DNA from: Planctomycetota bacterium
GTDB lineage: Bacteria > Planctomycetota > UBA1135 > UBA2386
Assembly (NCBI GenBank): GCA_965223545.1
Contig: OZ245006.1
Location: 5,536,001 to 5,600,000, forward strand
Length of the DNA: 64,000 nucleotides
Reading direction: 5' to 3'
Shown piece by piece: positions 29,645 through 39,700 of this stretch. A program made the position numbers and the translations under genes. The notes under the pieces were generated by a model that had not been told where the DNA came from, searched no databases, and worked only from the letters and a program-made list of their open reading frames with translations. Numbering within the stretch: position 1 is the first letter of the stretch; each line of letters starts with the position of its first letter.

Positions 29645-32410
29645 ATGCTCGACCAAGCCATGCTCAGCCCTCGCCAAGCCACCGGTGTTCTCCTCTTCGT
29701 CGGTCTCGTCGTCTGCGACCGCGGCACCGCGCAGCCCGGCTTGCGCGCCACCGCGCAGCGACTGGTGCTCGCTGCAGCCGACGCCGATGGCGACGGCGAT
29801 GTGTCGGCGGCGGAGTGGGGGGTGTTCACCGGGGCGCGCGCGGTGGGCGCGGACGGCAATCTCGACCGGAGCCGGCTCAAGGCCGACTTGGTCATGGTCC
29901 GGCTGGATGCGGACCGCGACGGACACTGGTCGGGCGGCGAGCTCGCCGGCTTGTGGGAGCCGCTCGACACCGACCGCAACGGAATGGTCGAAGGCGACGA
30001 GATGCCGGGATCCGGCCGCGCCGGCCGGCCGGCAGTGGAGGCGGGCATCGTCGTGCCGCGCGCCGACGAAGATGGCGACAGCGCGGTGTCGGCCGCCGAA
30101 TGGCAGGCGTTTCTCGAGCGCACCGCGCGGGTGGACGGCGCCACTGTTGCAGAGTGGGTGACGCTGACCGAAGCCGCGCCGCCGGCCGATCGCGGGGCGT
30201 TCACCGCGGCGACGTACTTGACCACTCTGGACAGCAGTCTCGACCGTGACCGCAATGGCGTGTTGACGTTGGCCGACCTGCAGGCGGTGTTCGGCGCGGT
30301 GGACGGCAATGCCGACGGTGCGGTGACCGCGGCCGAGCTGCGCGCCGCCGGTCGGGCGCCCCGCGCCGGCCGCGCCGGCCGGCGCGGTTGGGTGCGGGCG
30401 ACCGAGGCCCAGCGCGCGCAGCCACCGCTGATGGCCTGGCAGCGCAGCCTCGAGGACGCGCAAGCGCTCGCCGCCGCCAGCGGCAAGCCGCTGCTGATCT
30501 GCGTCAACATGGATGGCGAGCCCGCGTGCGAGTCGATCGCGTGGTACTACTACCGCGAGCCCGCCTTCGCCGCGCTGGCGCGCGGCTTCGTGTGCGTGCT
30601 GGCGTCTCCCGACCGCCGCAATCCCCGCGACTACGACGGCCGAGGCCGCCGCATCGTCGACCCCAAGTTCGGCCGCCTGATCAACTGGGAGCACCAGTCG
30701 ATCGAGCCGACGCTGTACGAGCGCTACTTCAACGGCCGGCGCGTCGCGCCGCGCCACGTCGGGGTCTCGCCTTCGGGCGAGGTGTTGTTCGACGTGTTCT
30801 TGGTCGGCGACCTGTCGCCGGTCGAGGAGCAGCTGCGCACCCACGGCGTGCTGGGTCCGCTGCCCGCTGCCGAGGACGAGGCCGCGCTGTTGGCGAGTCC
30901 CGACGCCGCCCACCGCGAGCGGCTCGAGGCCGGTTTCTTGCTGGCGGATGCGGCCGAGCGGGCGCGGTTGGCCGGCCTCGCGCTGGACCCGGCCCGTCGC
31001 ACGCAGCACCCGGACCTGCTGCGGCTGGCGTTGTGCGATCCGGATCCGGCGGTGGCGGCTGCCGCCCGAGCGGCCGTCGTCGCCGCCCCGGAGCTCGTCA
31101 CACCGCTGCTGTTCGGCGTGGCGTGGCGGCGCGCTCCGACGGAGCAGACGCGCACGGCAGTGGTCGCCGCCGCCGAGGCGCGGCTTGCGGCGATGTCCGA
31201 GGACGACGAGGGCGCGGCGCAGCTGGCGGCTTCGGTGCGGGGCTGGCGCGGACTGTTGGCATCGGTCGATTGGCTCGACGTGGACGCCTGGTGCGCGCGC
31301 TTGGCCGCGGCCGACGCGGCGCCGATCCCGTCGCGGACGCCGGATGATCTCGCGGCGCTCGACGTGCGGATCGAGCAGTTGGAGGCCGGCGTGGCCGCAG
31401 ACGACGGCGACGGCGGCCTGCGGTTGGAGCTGGCCGCCGCGAACATGGAGTACGCCCTGATCCGGGCCGCCGACGGCAAGGATCCCAGCTTCTTGCTGCT
31501 CGACGCGCGCAGCCACGCCCAGGCGGCGGCCGAGGTCGGCGCCCCGCGCGCGCGCGCATCGGCCTACGTCGCTTGGAGCAGTTACCTGCTCAACGAGCTC
31601 GAGGCGGCGGCGCCGGCCGCGCGCGACGCGGTGTCCGGTCTGGAGGAGGAAGCCCAGACCGAGCTCGCGTGTCAGGCCCTCGAGGTGCTGGCGCAGTGTC
31701 GCACGCGGGATCTGTACGCGGCGATGTCGGCGGGCGACGAATGGCCCGCGACTTGGGTGGCCGAACTCGCCGCGGTGCACCGCGTCCTGCGCGCGCATCC
31801 CCTCGCGACCGAGGCGCAGCTGCGCGCGGGGCTGGAGCTGCTGGGGCAGATCGACGCCGGCGGCGTGGCGGTCGACGCGGCCGTCGCCGCGGTGGCGCGC
31901 ATGCCGTGGTCACAGACCCTGCACGAGCAGCTGCGCGGGGCGGTGCTGGCGGGCCCCGGACCGCGCGGCATGACCCCGGCGTACGCGTCGCTCGAGATCG
32001 CGACCGACCAGCGTGCGACCGTGGATTGGTACCAGGGACTGGCCGAGCTGGTCGCCGCCGAGCAGCTGGTGCGCGACCGCGAGCCGGTCGCCGCGCTCGC
32101 CGGCTACGTCCACTCGCTCGCCTCGTTCGACCGCGCGGTGGCCGCGGCGCCGGCCTTCGCCGACTCGGCGCACCACTATCAAGCGCTGGCGTGGGCCGGG
32201 AGCGCGACGCTGTACGGCGAGCGCGGCGAATGGGCTGCCGCGGCGCACGCCGCCGCGCGCGGGCTGGGGCTGCGGGAGGCGACCGGGGACAGCGAAGACG
32301 GGCTGGGCCGCACACCGCGGCAGCGGGCGCGGGATGTACTCGAGCAGCTCGCCGTCGCCGCGCCGGAGCTGGCCGAGCCCGTGCGGCGGGCCTTGGGTCA
32401 AGACGGCTGA
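29645..32410 (+). CDS. EF-hand repeat + thioredoxin-like + helical-repeat protein
   Basis: Six DxDxDG-type loops; WQRSLEDAQALAAASGKPLLICVNMDGEPAC; Ala-rich HEAT/TPR-like remainder. Confidence 0.75.
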   Translation: MLDQAMLSPRQATGVLLFVGLVVCDRGTAQPGLRATAQRLVLAAADADGDGDVSAAEWGVFTGARAVGADGNLDRSRLKADLVMVRLDADRDGHWSGGELAGLWEPLDTDRNGMVEGDEMPGSGRAGRPAVEAGIVVPRADEDGDSAVSAAEWQAFLERTARVDGATVAEWVTLTEAAPPADRGAFTAATYLTTLDSSLDRDRNGVLTLADLQAVFGAVDGNADGAVTAAELRAAGRAPRAGRAGRRGWVRATEAQRAQPPLMAWQRSLEDAQALAAASGKPLLICVNMDGEPACESIAWYYYREPAFAALARGFVCVLASPDRRNPRDYDGRGRRIVDPKFGRLINWEHQSIEPTLYERYFNGRRVAPRHVGVSPSGEVLFDVFLVGDLSPVEEQLRTHGVLGPLPAAEDEAALLASPDAAHRERLEAGFLLADAAERARLAGLALDPARRTQHPDLLRLALCDPDPAVAAAARAAVVAAPELVTPLLFGVAWRRAPTEQTRTAVVAAAEARLAAMSEDDEGAAQLAASVRGWRGLLASVDWLDVDAWCARLAAADAAPIPSRTPDDLAALDVRIEQLEAGVAADDGDGGLRLELAAANMEYALIRAADGKDPSFLLLDARSHAQAAAEVGAPRARASAYVAWSSYLLNELEAAAPAARDAVSGLEEEAQTELACQALEVLAQCRTRDLYAAMSAGDEWPATWVAELAAVHRVLRAHPLATEAQLRAGLELLGQIDAGGVAVDAAVAAVARMPWSQTLHEQLRGAVLAGPGPRGMTPAYASLEIATDQRATVDWYQGLAELVAAEQLVRDREPVAALAGYVHSLASFDRAVAAAPAFADSAHHYQALAWAGSATLYGERGEWAAAAHAAARGLGLREATGDSEDGLGRTPRQRARDVLEQLAVAAPELAEPVRRALGQDG

Positions 32411-33411
32411 TCGGCGGCGCCGTCGGGCGCGCGGCGCGTCGAGAGGAGCGCTTGCGCGGCCGCGGTGGGTTCGAGCGCGCCGCTGCCGACTTGCTCCCGC
32501 AGCGCCGGCAGCGCGGCGGCGAAGCCGGCGTCTTGGTGCGCTTCGCGCAGTAGGAGCTCGACCACCGTTTGGTCGAACCAATGCACCGCCTGCTGCCGGC
32601 GCAGGGCGTCGATCCCGTCGGGTCCCAGGCGGTCGCGGTGCGCGGTGATCGCCGACCACAGATCTTCGATGCCGTCGCCGGTCGCAGAGGAGACCGAGAC
32701 GACGGCGGCGGGCGGGCGGTCCCCCGCTTGGTGCAGCAAGTGCTGCGCGGTCTGTAGCTCGCCGGCCGCGCGGGTGCACCGGTCGACGTTGTCGCCGTCG
32801 GCCTTGTGCACGACGAGCACGTCGGCCAGCTCCATCAGTCCGCGCTTGACCCCCTGCAGCTCGTCGCCGGTGCCGGCGAGGTTCAGAGCGACGACGGTGT
32901 CGACGAGGTGGGTGACCGCGATCTCGGCCTGGCCGACCCCCACGGTCTCGACGAGCACGATGTCGAACCCCGCGGCCTCGACGATCTGGATCGCCTCGCG
33001 GGTCCGGCGCGCGACGCCGCCGGCGGCGTCGCCGCTGGGCGAGGGGCGCACGAAGGCGCGCGCGTCGGCCGCCAGCTTCGCCATCCGGGTCTTGTCGCCC
33101 AGCACCGAGCCGCCGCTCCGGGTGCTGGTCGGATCGACCGCCAGCACGGCGACCCGGTGGCCGCTCTGCAAGAGGCGGACGCCGAGGACCTCGATCAGCG
33201 TGCTCTTGCCGGCACCCGGCACGCCGGTGATGCCGACGCGCTGCGCCCGATCGCTCCGCGGCGCGAGCGCCGCCAACAGTGCGCGTGCCTGGGCCGCGTG
33301 GTCGGCGCGTGTGCTCTCGACCAAGGTGATGGCGCGCGCCAACGCACCGCGGTCGGCGGCGAGGACTCCGGCGACGAGAGCTTCGACGGATGGCTCGGCG
33401 GAGCTGGCCAT
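32398..33411 (-). CDS. meaB: Methylmalonyl-CoA mutase-associated GTPase
   Basis: GVPGAGKST, AVDPTS, GGSVLGDKTRM, ETVGVGQ, GDELQGVKRGLME, HKAD. Confidence 0.96.
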   Translation of the reverse strand: MASSAEPSVEALVAGVLAADRGALARAITLVESTRADHAAQARALLAALAPRSDRAQRVGITGVPGAGKSTLIEVLGVRLLQSGHRVAVLAVDPTSTRSGGSVLGDKTRMAKLAADARAFVRPSPSGDAAGGVARRTREAIQIVEAAGFDIVLVETVGVGQAEIAVTHLVDTVVALNLAGTGDELQGVKRGLMELADVLVVHKADGDNVDRCTRAAGELQTAQHLLHQAGDRPPAAVVSVSSATGDGIEDLWSAITAHRDRLGPDGIDALRRQQAVHWFDQTVVELLLREAHQDAGFAAALPALREQVGSGALEPTAAAQALLSTRRAPDGAADQPS

Positions 33412-33533
33412 GCGTGTCCATGTTCGTTCGCGGTCGGTTTCCGCGCAGGTCAAAAACGTGAGTTATGCTTGGTCGGGGTGGAAGCCCGGGCGAGCACCCG
33501 GACCGGCAGTGCCCCAAAAGGAGAGTCTGATCG

Positions 33534-33803
33534 ATGTCGAGTCATCCCGAAGTGAGCCACGACGTGTTCGTCCTCGAGGACAGTGGGCCGCGCTCCGAGG
33601 GCGCGTTGGCAGTGGACCTGGCCCGCGCCCGCGGCGAGCTGCACGCCTACCGCCATGCCGTGCGGCAAACGCTCGAGGTCCGCTTCGGCGGCATCCCCGA
33701 GACCATCGCGCGGCGCATCGAGAGTGAGCCCGAGGTCGGCCAGCTGATCGCCTGGCACGCACAGGCCGTCGCCGTCCGCCGCCTCAAGCACTTCCGCTTG
33801 TAG
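33534..33803 (+). CDS. Small protein resembling the Rpn C-terminal / DUF4351-like helical domain
   Basis: AAAGGAG RBS; LEVRFGGIPETIARRIE...QLIAWHAQAV...LKHF. Confidence 0.6.
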   Translation: MSSHPEVSHDVFVLEDSGPRSEGALAVDLARARGELHAYRHAVRQTLEVRFGGIPETIARRIESEPEVGQLIAWHAQAVAVRRLKHFRL

Positions 33804-33827
33804 GTCCGCTCGAGGTGCGGTCGCGGT

Positions 33828-34847
33828 TCAGCGGGTGCCGCGCGCGGCCCCCGCGAGGACCGCCCGAATTTCCGCCGGGGTCGCGGTGCCGGTGGTGCCG
33901 CACTTGGCGACCGTCACCGCCGCCGCCAGAGTCGCCAGCCGGGCCGCGTCGCGCGGTGCGCAGCCGACCGCGAGGGCAGCGGCAAGCGCGGCGGCGACCG
34001 TGTCGCCGGCGCCGACCGGATCGATCGGTCCATCGACGCGCACCGCCGCGACGCGCGCCGTGCCATCGGCGTCGGCGACGACGATGCCGCGATCGCCCTG
34101 GGTGACGAAGACCGGGTTTCCGCAGTCCGCATGGATGTGGGCGGCGAGGGTTTCGACGGCCGCGGGGTCGTCGGCCGCCGGAGCGGCGACCCCGCAGCGC
34201 GCGGCTGCCTCCGCGGCGTTGAGCTTTACCGCCGCACCGCGGAAACGCGCACCGCCGCGGCGACAATCGACCAAGAAACAAGTCCCCGGCCGCTGCGCGA
34301 TCAGCTCGTTGAGCGCGTCCACCGCGTCGAGCGTCGCACTGACCGGGATCTGCTGGTTGATCACCACCGCGTCCAGACTCCGGGTCGTGCGCGCCGCCGT
34401 TGCCAGCAGGGCATCGAGCTGCTCGCGCGGCGCGCGGTCGGTGGTGCCGAAGTCGTAGCGGCTCATCTCGACGCCGGCGCGCACGGGCTTGGCGAAGACC
34501 GTGGTCTGCCAGGGAGGTTCGGCGGCGAGCAACGCATCGGTGCGGACCCCGTCGGCGCGCAGGGCCGCGTGCAGGCGATTCCCGGCGGGATCGCAGCCGA
34601 CCAACCCGATGGCGTGGACTTCGGTGACGCCGAGGCTCGCCGCGTTGCGGGCGATGTTGCTGGCACCGGCCGCTTGCCAGCGCTGTTCGACGACGCGGTG
34701 CACCGGCAAGCCGGTCTCGAGCGAGTGCTCGTCGTCGCTCGAGTCGACCAACCAGTAGGCGTCCAGCGCGTGATCGCCGAACACGGCGAGGCGCGCGCGT
34801 TGCACGGTGGCGAGGGTGCCCTCGAGCCACGCCGCGTCAGTCGTCAT
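33828..34847 (-). CDS. PfkB-family sugar kinase, HldE/RfaE kinase-domain-like
   Basis: VFGDHALDAY, GASNIARN, KLNAAEA, VTQGDRG, DPVGAGDT. Confidence 0.85.
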   Translation of the reverse strand: MTTDAAWLEGTLATVQRARLAVFGDHALDAYWLVDSSDDEHSLETGLPVHRVVEQRWQAAGASNIARNAASLGVTEVHAIGLVGCDPAGNRLHAALRADGVRTDALLAAEPPWQTTVFAKPVRAGVEMSRYDFGTTDRAPREQLDALLATAARTTRSLDAVVINQQIPVSATLDAVDALNELIAQRPGTCFLVDCRRGGARFRGAAVKLNAAEAAARCGVAAPAADDPAAVETLAAHIHADCGNPVFVTQGDRGIVVADADGTARVAAVRVDGPIDPVGAGDTVAAALAAALAVGCAPRDAARLATLAAAVTVAKCGTTGTATPAEIRAVLAGAARGTR

Positions 34848-35154
34848 CGCCCGGTTCCAGCGAGAAGTTCCACACTCGGATCGCGCGCCGCATCGGCGCG
34901 AGGAAGACGTCGGCGTAGGCGCGGTGGATCGGATCGGTGCGGTAGCGCTCGACGTCATCGATTCCGGCGAAGCGCACCAGGATGCAGAAGTCCCATTCGC
35001 TGCGGGTGCGGCCATCGGCGGCGGTCGCCACCTCGACGGAGAGGACTCCGTGCGCGTCGCGCAGCACGCGACGGGTCTCGGTGGCGATCGTCCGCAGTGT
35101 CTCCGCGGTGCGAAACTCGGGTTTGAGCGCGACCGCCACCACGCGTTGGATCAC
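34837..35154 (-). CDS. Dabb-family (stress-responsive alpha/beta barrel) protein
   Basis: GTG start overlapping upstream TGA; WDFCILVRF...YRTDPIHRAY. Confidence 0.8.
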   Translation of the reverse strand: MIQRVVAVALKPEFRTAETLRTIATETRRVLRDAHGVLSVEVATAADGRTRSEWDFCILVRFAGIDDVERYRTDPIHRAYADVFLAPMRRAIRVWNFSLEPGDDD

Positions 35155-36581
35155 GCGGTCTGCTCCTCGACTTGGCGCTGCGCAGCCCGTGCCCACTCGG
35201 GCAGCCGGGCGGCGAGGCGCTCGACGTGGCGGGGGCCCGAGTGCAGATTGACCGAGTTGAAGCGCAGCCATAGCGCGCCGCCGTGCGCAACGGTGGCGAA
35301 CCATGCCTCGCCGCTGTCGACGGCGCGCGCCGCGATCGCGCGCTGCAGGCGATCGATGCGCTCCGCCGGCCACCCCGCGGGCGCCATGCGCGCGCAGGCG
35401 ATGCCGAGCTGGCCTCCCGGCAGTACGTCGAAGCCCTGCGCAGCGAGCTTTCGCTCGAGCTGTCGCATGGATTCGATGTTGGTGCGCACCGCGCGGCGCA
35501 CGCTTTCCAGACCGTGCGCGCGCAGCGCGAGCCAGACGGTCAGCGCCGTGCCGCGCCGCGAGGTCGGGATTCCGCGCAGGAAGGGGTTCTGGTCCGCGCC
35601 GCCGGGAATGTAGGAGGCCTGCAGACCGAACTCCTGCACCTGGAGATGCGGGTGCTTGGTGAGCAGCAGGCCGGCGGTGAGCGGGGTGAAGAACCACTTC
35701 TGCGGATCGACGGCGATCGAGTCGGCGCGCTCGAGGCCGGCGCACAGATCGGCCAGCTCGGGCAACAGCGCGGCTGCGCCGCCGTAGCAGGCGTCGACGT
35801 GCAGCCAGACATCGTGGGCCGCGCAGACGTCGGCGATCGCGGCGAGCGGATCGATCGCACCGGTGCCGGTGGTGCCGAAGTTGGCGACCACGGCGAACGG
35901 CACCGCGCCGCCGTCGCGGTCGGCGGCGATCGCCGCTTCCAGGTCGCGCGGATCGAGCGTGCCGCGGGCCCGACTGGGCAGCGTTCGTACGTTGCGCTCA
36001 CCGATCCCCAGCACCTGGGCCGCGCGCGTCACCGAGAAGTGTGCACTGTCGGCAGTGTAGATGCGGGGCGCGCCATCGAGGGCCCGGACACCGTCGAGCC
36101 GCCACTGCGGGAACCGCGCGCCGCGCGCCAGAGCGAGGCCCTGCAGCGTCGCGAACGTGCCGCCGGGGAGCAGCATGCCCGCGCAGTCGGGCGGTTGGCG
36201 GAGGAGTGCGGCGAAGACGCGCAACAGCTCGCGCTCGGCGGCGGCCGCGGGTGGACTCTGGTGGTCGGCGCCGCAGTTGTTGTTGAGCATCGAGACCAAC
36301 AGATCGCCGAGCGGTGCGGCGGGCAGCGGCGACGAGTTGACCAGACCGAAGTACATCGGATGCGGGGTACTCATCGCGTGCGGCAGGACGCGCTGCTCGA
36401 AGTCGCGCACCGCGGACTCGAGACCGATGCCTTCGTCGCCGATGGTGCCGGCAAACAGCGCGTCGATCTCGTCGGGCGGCGTATCCGGAGCGACCCGCCG
36501 TTGCTCGAGGTCGGCGTAGAACGAGGCGTAGATCTCGGCGGCCCGCAGCGCCGCCGCGCGCAGCTCGTCGGCGCCCAGCAT
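35151..36581 (-). CDS. Group II PLP-dependent amino-acid decarboxylase
   Basis: HPMYFG, AHFSV, GTTGTGAIDPL, HVDACYGG, DSIAVDPQKW with PLP Lys. Confidence 0.92.
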   Translation of the reverse strand: MLGADELRAAALRAAEIYASFYADLEQRRVAPDTPPDEIDALFAGTIGDEGIGLESAVRDFEQRVLPHAMSTPHPMYFGLVNSSPLPAAPLGDLLVSMLNNNCGADHQSPPAAAAERELLRVFAALLRQPPDCAGMLLPGGTFATLQGLALARGARFPQWRLDGVRALDGAPRIYTADSAHFSVTRAAQVLGIGERNVRTLPSRARGTLDPRDLEAAIAADRDGGAVPFAVVANFGTTGTGAIDPLAAIADVCAAHDVWLHVDACYGGAAALLPELADLCAGLERADSIAVDPQKWFFTPLTAGLLLTKHPHLQVQEFGLQASYIPGGADQNPFLRGIPTSRRGTALTVWLALRAHGLESVRRAVRTNIESMRQLERKLAAQGFDVLPGGQLGIACARMAPAGWPAERIDRLQRAIAARAVDSGEAWFATVAHGGALWLRFNSVNLHSGPRHVERLAARLPEWARAAQRQVEEQTA

Positions 36582-36743
36582 GCACCGACTGTGCCGATGG
36601 GCGGTCGATGGGGCAAGGCGCGATGCTGGGTGGCTCTTGACGGGTCCGGGCAACGGGTTTCCGGTGAAAGATCCCCACTGCGTGTCGGCCACTCTCGGCA
36701 AGAGGAACGCGTCGTTCGCGGGCTTCCGACCTGTCGCTCAGTC

Positions 36744-39700
36744 ATGCACTTCGACCTTCATCGTGACGCCGCGCTCGGCCGCAGTGCGCGGGGCGCCGCC
36801 CGTCCGGCGATCCTGGCGATCACCGCGGTGCTCGCGCTGTCGGCGCTCGTCGCCTTGCTCTGGCGGTCGGCGGACCCGACCGCGGCAGGTGAGGGCGGCA
36901 TCGCGGCCGACGTTCGCGGCGCCCCGGCAGCGGCGATGTCGACGCCGCTCGATGGGGATGTCGCCGCCGCGGGCGACCGCACCCTGGCAATCGCCGACGG
37001 CGGGGCGAGCGCGCAGTCCGTAGCGGCCGGGTCGTTGCACGGTCGTCTCGTGGCGCCGCGCGGGCCGTGGCCGGGAGGCGGCGAGCTCGAGCTGGTGCCC
37101 TACGAGCGCGTCGATGGCGGCTTCATGGGCATGATGGGCGAGCTGATGAGCGCCGGCGGCGCGCGCGGCGATCGTCGCCGCGACCGGTTCGTGGCGGCGT
37201 TGGGGCTGGGCGACGCGATTGCCACCAGTGCGGTGGCATCCGACGGGCGGTTTCGTTTCGCGGCGCCGCCGGCCGGGCGCTACTCGTTGCGCTTGCTCCA
37301 CGACCGCTTGAGCGTGCCGCGAGAGTTCGTCGTGGAAGCACAGGCTGCGGTCGACGTCGATGTCGGCGATGTCCCCACCGAGAGCTCGGGCAGCCTTCTG
37401 GTCTTGGTCTCGGACCCGGCGGGGCAGCCGATCGCCGGCGCGCGACTTCTGTTGGGCGGTCGCGTCGACCCCGCCGCGCTGCAGAATCCCGAGTCGCTGC
37501 GCGACATGCAGTCGGTGATGCGCAAGATGATGCCGGACCGCGGCGAGACCGACGCGCGCGGCGCGCATCGATTCGTCGGGCTGCGCGACCTCGAGTGGCG
37601 GTTGCTGGTGCGCGCCGAGGACTACGTCGAACAGCTCGTCGAGGTCCTCGCGGCGCCCGGACGCGAAACGGTGCTCCGCGTCGCTCTGCGGCGCGGCGGG
37701 GGGCTCGAGGTCGTCGTCGGTGGCCCCGACGGGGCGCCGTACGAGGAGGCGCGCGTGCGGGTCTGGGACCCGGTGGCGAGCGAGGCGATGCAGCCGTTTG
37801 CCGGGGCGGTGCAGCTGCGGCGGGCCCGTGGAATCACGGAGCGCACCGACGCCGGCGGAGTCGCCCGGTTCTCCGGCTTGCCGCCGGGCACGGTGCGCGT
37901 GGGGCTGCGCACGCCGGGCTTCTTCGCTGCCGACCACGAGGTCGCGGTGGTCGAAGGGCGGACTGCGCGGCTGGAGCTCGACTTGGACCTCGGGGTGACC
38001 GTCGCGGGTCGGGTCGTCGACGAGGAGGGCGAGCCGGTGGCCGACGCGCGCGTGCGGCACGTCGCCGCCCTCGGCGAATCGATCATGGGGATCGACTTGG
38101 AGGGGGCCATCGGCGTCGACGTCTTGGGCGGCGACGTCGAGCGCACGGGGTTGCGCTGCGCGGAAGATGGGCGCTTCGAGGTGGGAGGCTTCGAGCTGGA
38201 CGAGGAGGTCCACCTCGTGGCCGACGCTCCCGGCTACGTGCCGACGCGTGCCGAGCCGGTGAAGGCCGGCACTACGGACGTCGAGCTGCGTTTGCGGCGC
38301 GCGGCGGTGGTCCGCGGCCGCGTCGTCGCAGGAGTCGATGGTGGGCCGGTGCCCGAGTTCTCGGTTGCGCTGAGCAGGCGGGTGATGCTGGTGATGGACC
38401 GCCCGGTGGGCCGGCAAAGGGTGTCGGGTGCCGAGAACGGCGAGTTCGTGCTCGAAGAGCTGCCGCGGGATCGCCTCACCCTGCGCGTCGATGCGCCGGG
38501 GTTCGGGCCGCAGCAGGTCGTGGTGGACACGACTCCCGGAGATGTCGACGTCGGCACCGTCGAGCTCGAGCTGCCAGCCGCCGTCGCCGGGGTCGTCCTC
38601 GACCCGGACGGTGTGCCGGTGGCGGATGCCGCCGTGCGCGTCGCCCGCGGCGGGATGCTCGATTCGGTCGTGATGGCCGGCCTCACCGGCGCCGACTTGG
38701 TCCGCACGGGCCAGCGCGGCGAGTTCCGCATCGACGGTCTTCGGGCCAAGCGGGTGCGGCTCTTGGCGGACGCCGACGGCTACGGCCCGGCGCGCAGCGC
38801 GCCCGTCGCGCTGCAAGCCGGCAGCGTTGTCGATGGCGTCGTGCTGCAGCTTGCAGTCGGTGGCCGGCTGCGCGGTACGATCGTGCGTGGCGATGGACAA
38901 CCCCTGGCGTCGTGGCAGGTGCGGCTGACGTCGTCGGATGGTGGCTCGCTCCAGCAGACCGAGTCGGATGCCGCGGGGGTGTTCCGGCTCGATGGGTTGG
39001 CTGCCGGCGCGCACAAGATCGAGGCCTTCCCGCCCGATCTGCTGCAGCGCTTCGGCGCGGCGGGCTTGCCCGACCCCAGCAGCCGCGAGTTCGACATCGG
39101 CGGGCTGATCGAAAAGGCGACCCGCTGGACGGTGCGCGATCGCGTCGTGGTGCGTGACGGCGAGGTCGCGGAGATCGAGTTGGTGTTCGACGAGGAAGGG
39201 TTCGGCGACTCGCTTGCCTCCGTGCAGGGGACCGTCTCGGTCGGCGCCGAGCCGCTGGACGACGGAGTCGTCACCTGGCAGTCGCTGGGAGCCGCCGGCC
39301 CCCCGCGGCTCGTCGGGGTCCGCGACGGGCGGTTCGAGGTGCACGGTGTGCGCCCCGGGACGTATCGCGTGCAGGCGCAGGATGGGATCCTGTCCGCTCC
39401 GATCGGCCGCGCAGTGGAAGTGGTCGTGCGCGACGCCGGCACGGTCGGCGTGCACGTCGACCTGCCGGCCGGCCGGATCGAGGGCCGGGTGGTGTCGGCC
39501 GCCGACGGAACGCCCGTCGCCGGGGTCGCGCTGCGCTGGGTCGAGGCCGGCGCCGGCGATGCCGTCGACCTCGATCAGATGCTGTTGGGCGAGGGGACCG
39601 CGCTCACCGGCGACGACGGTCGGTTCGCGTTCCGCGGTCTGTCGCCCGGCAGCTACGACGTGGTCGCGCGCGAGATCGGCATCGCGGGCGGCGAGCGCCG

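Noticed and set aside
35283..36743. N-terminal 487 aa of the 1674-aa ORF; likewise extensions of ORFs 28820-31798, 47999-51403, 20328-23318 and 41249-43762
   Set aside because: Overlap real genes; internal starts with signal peptides or stop/start overlaps fit better
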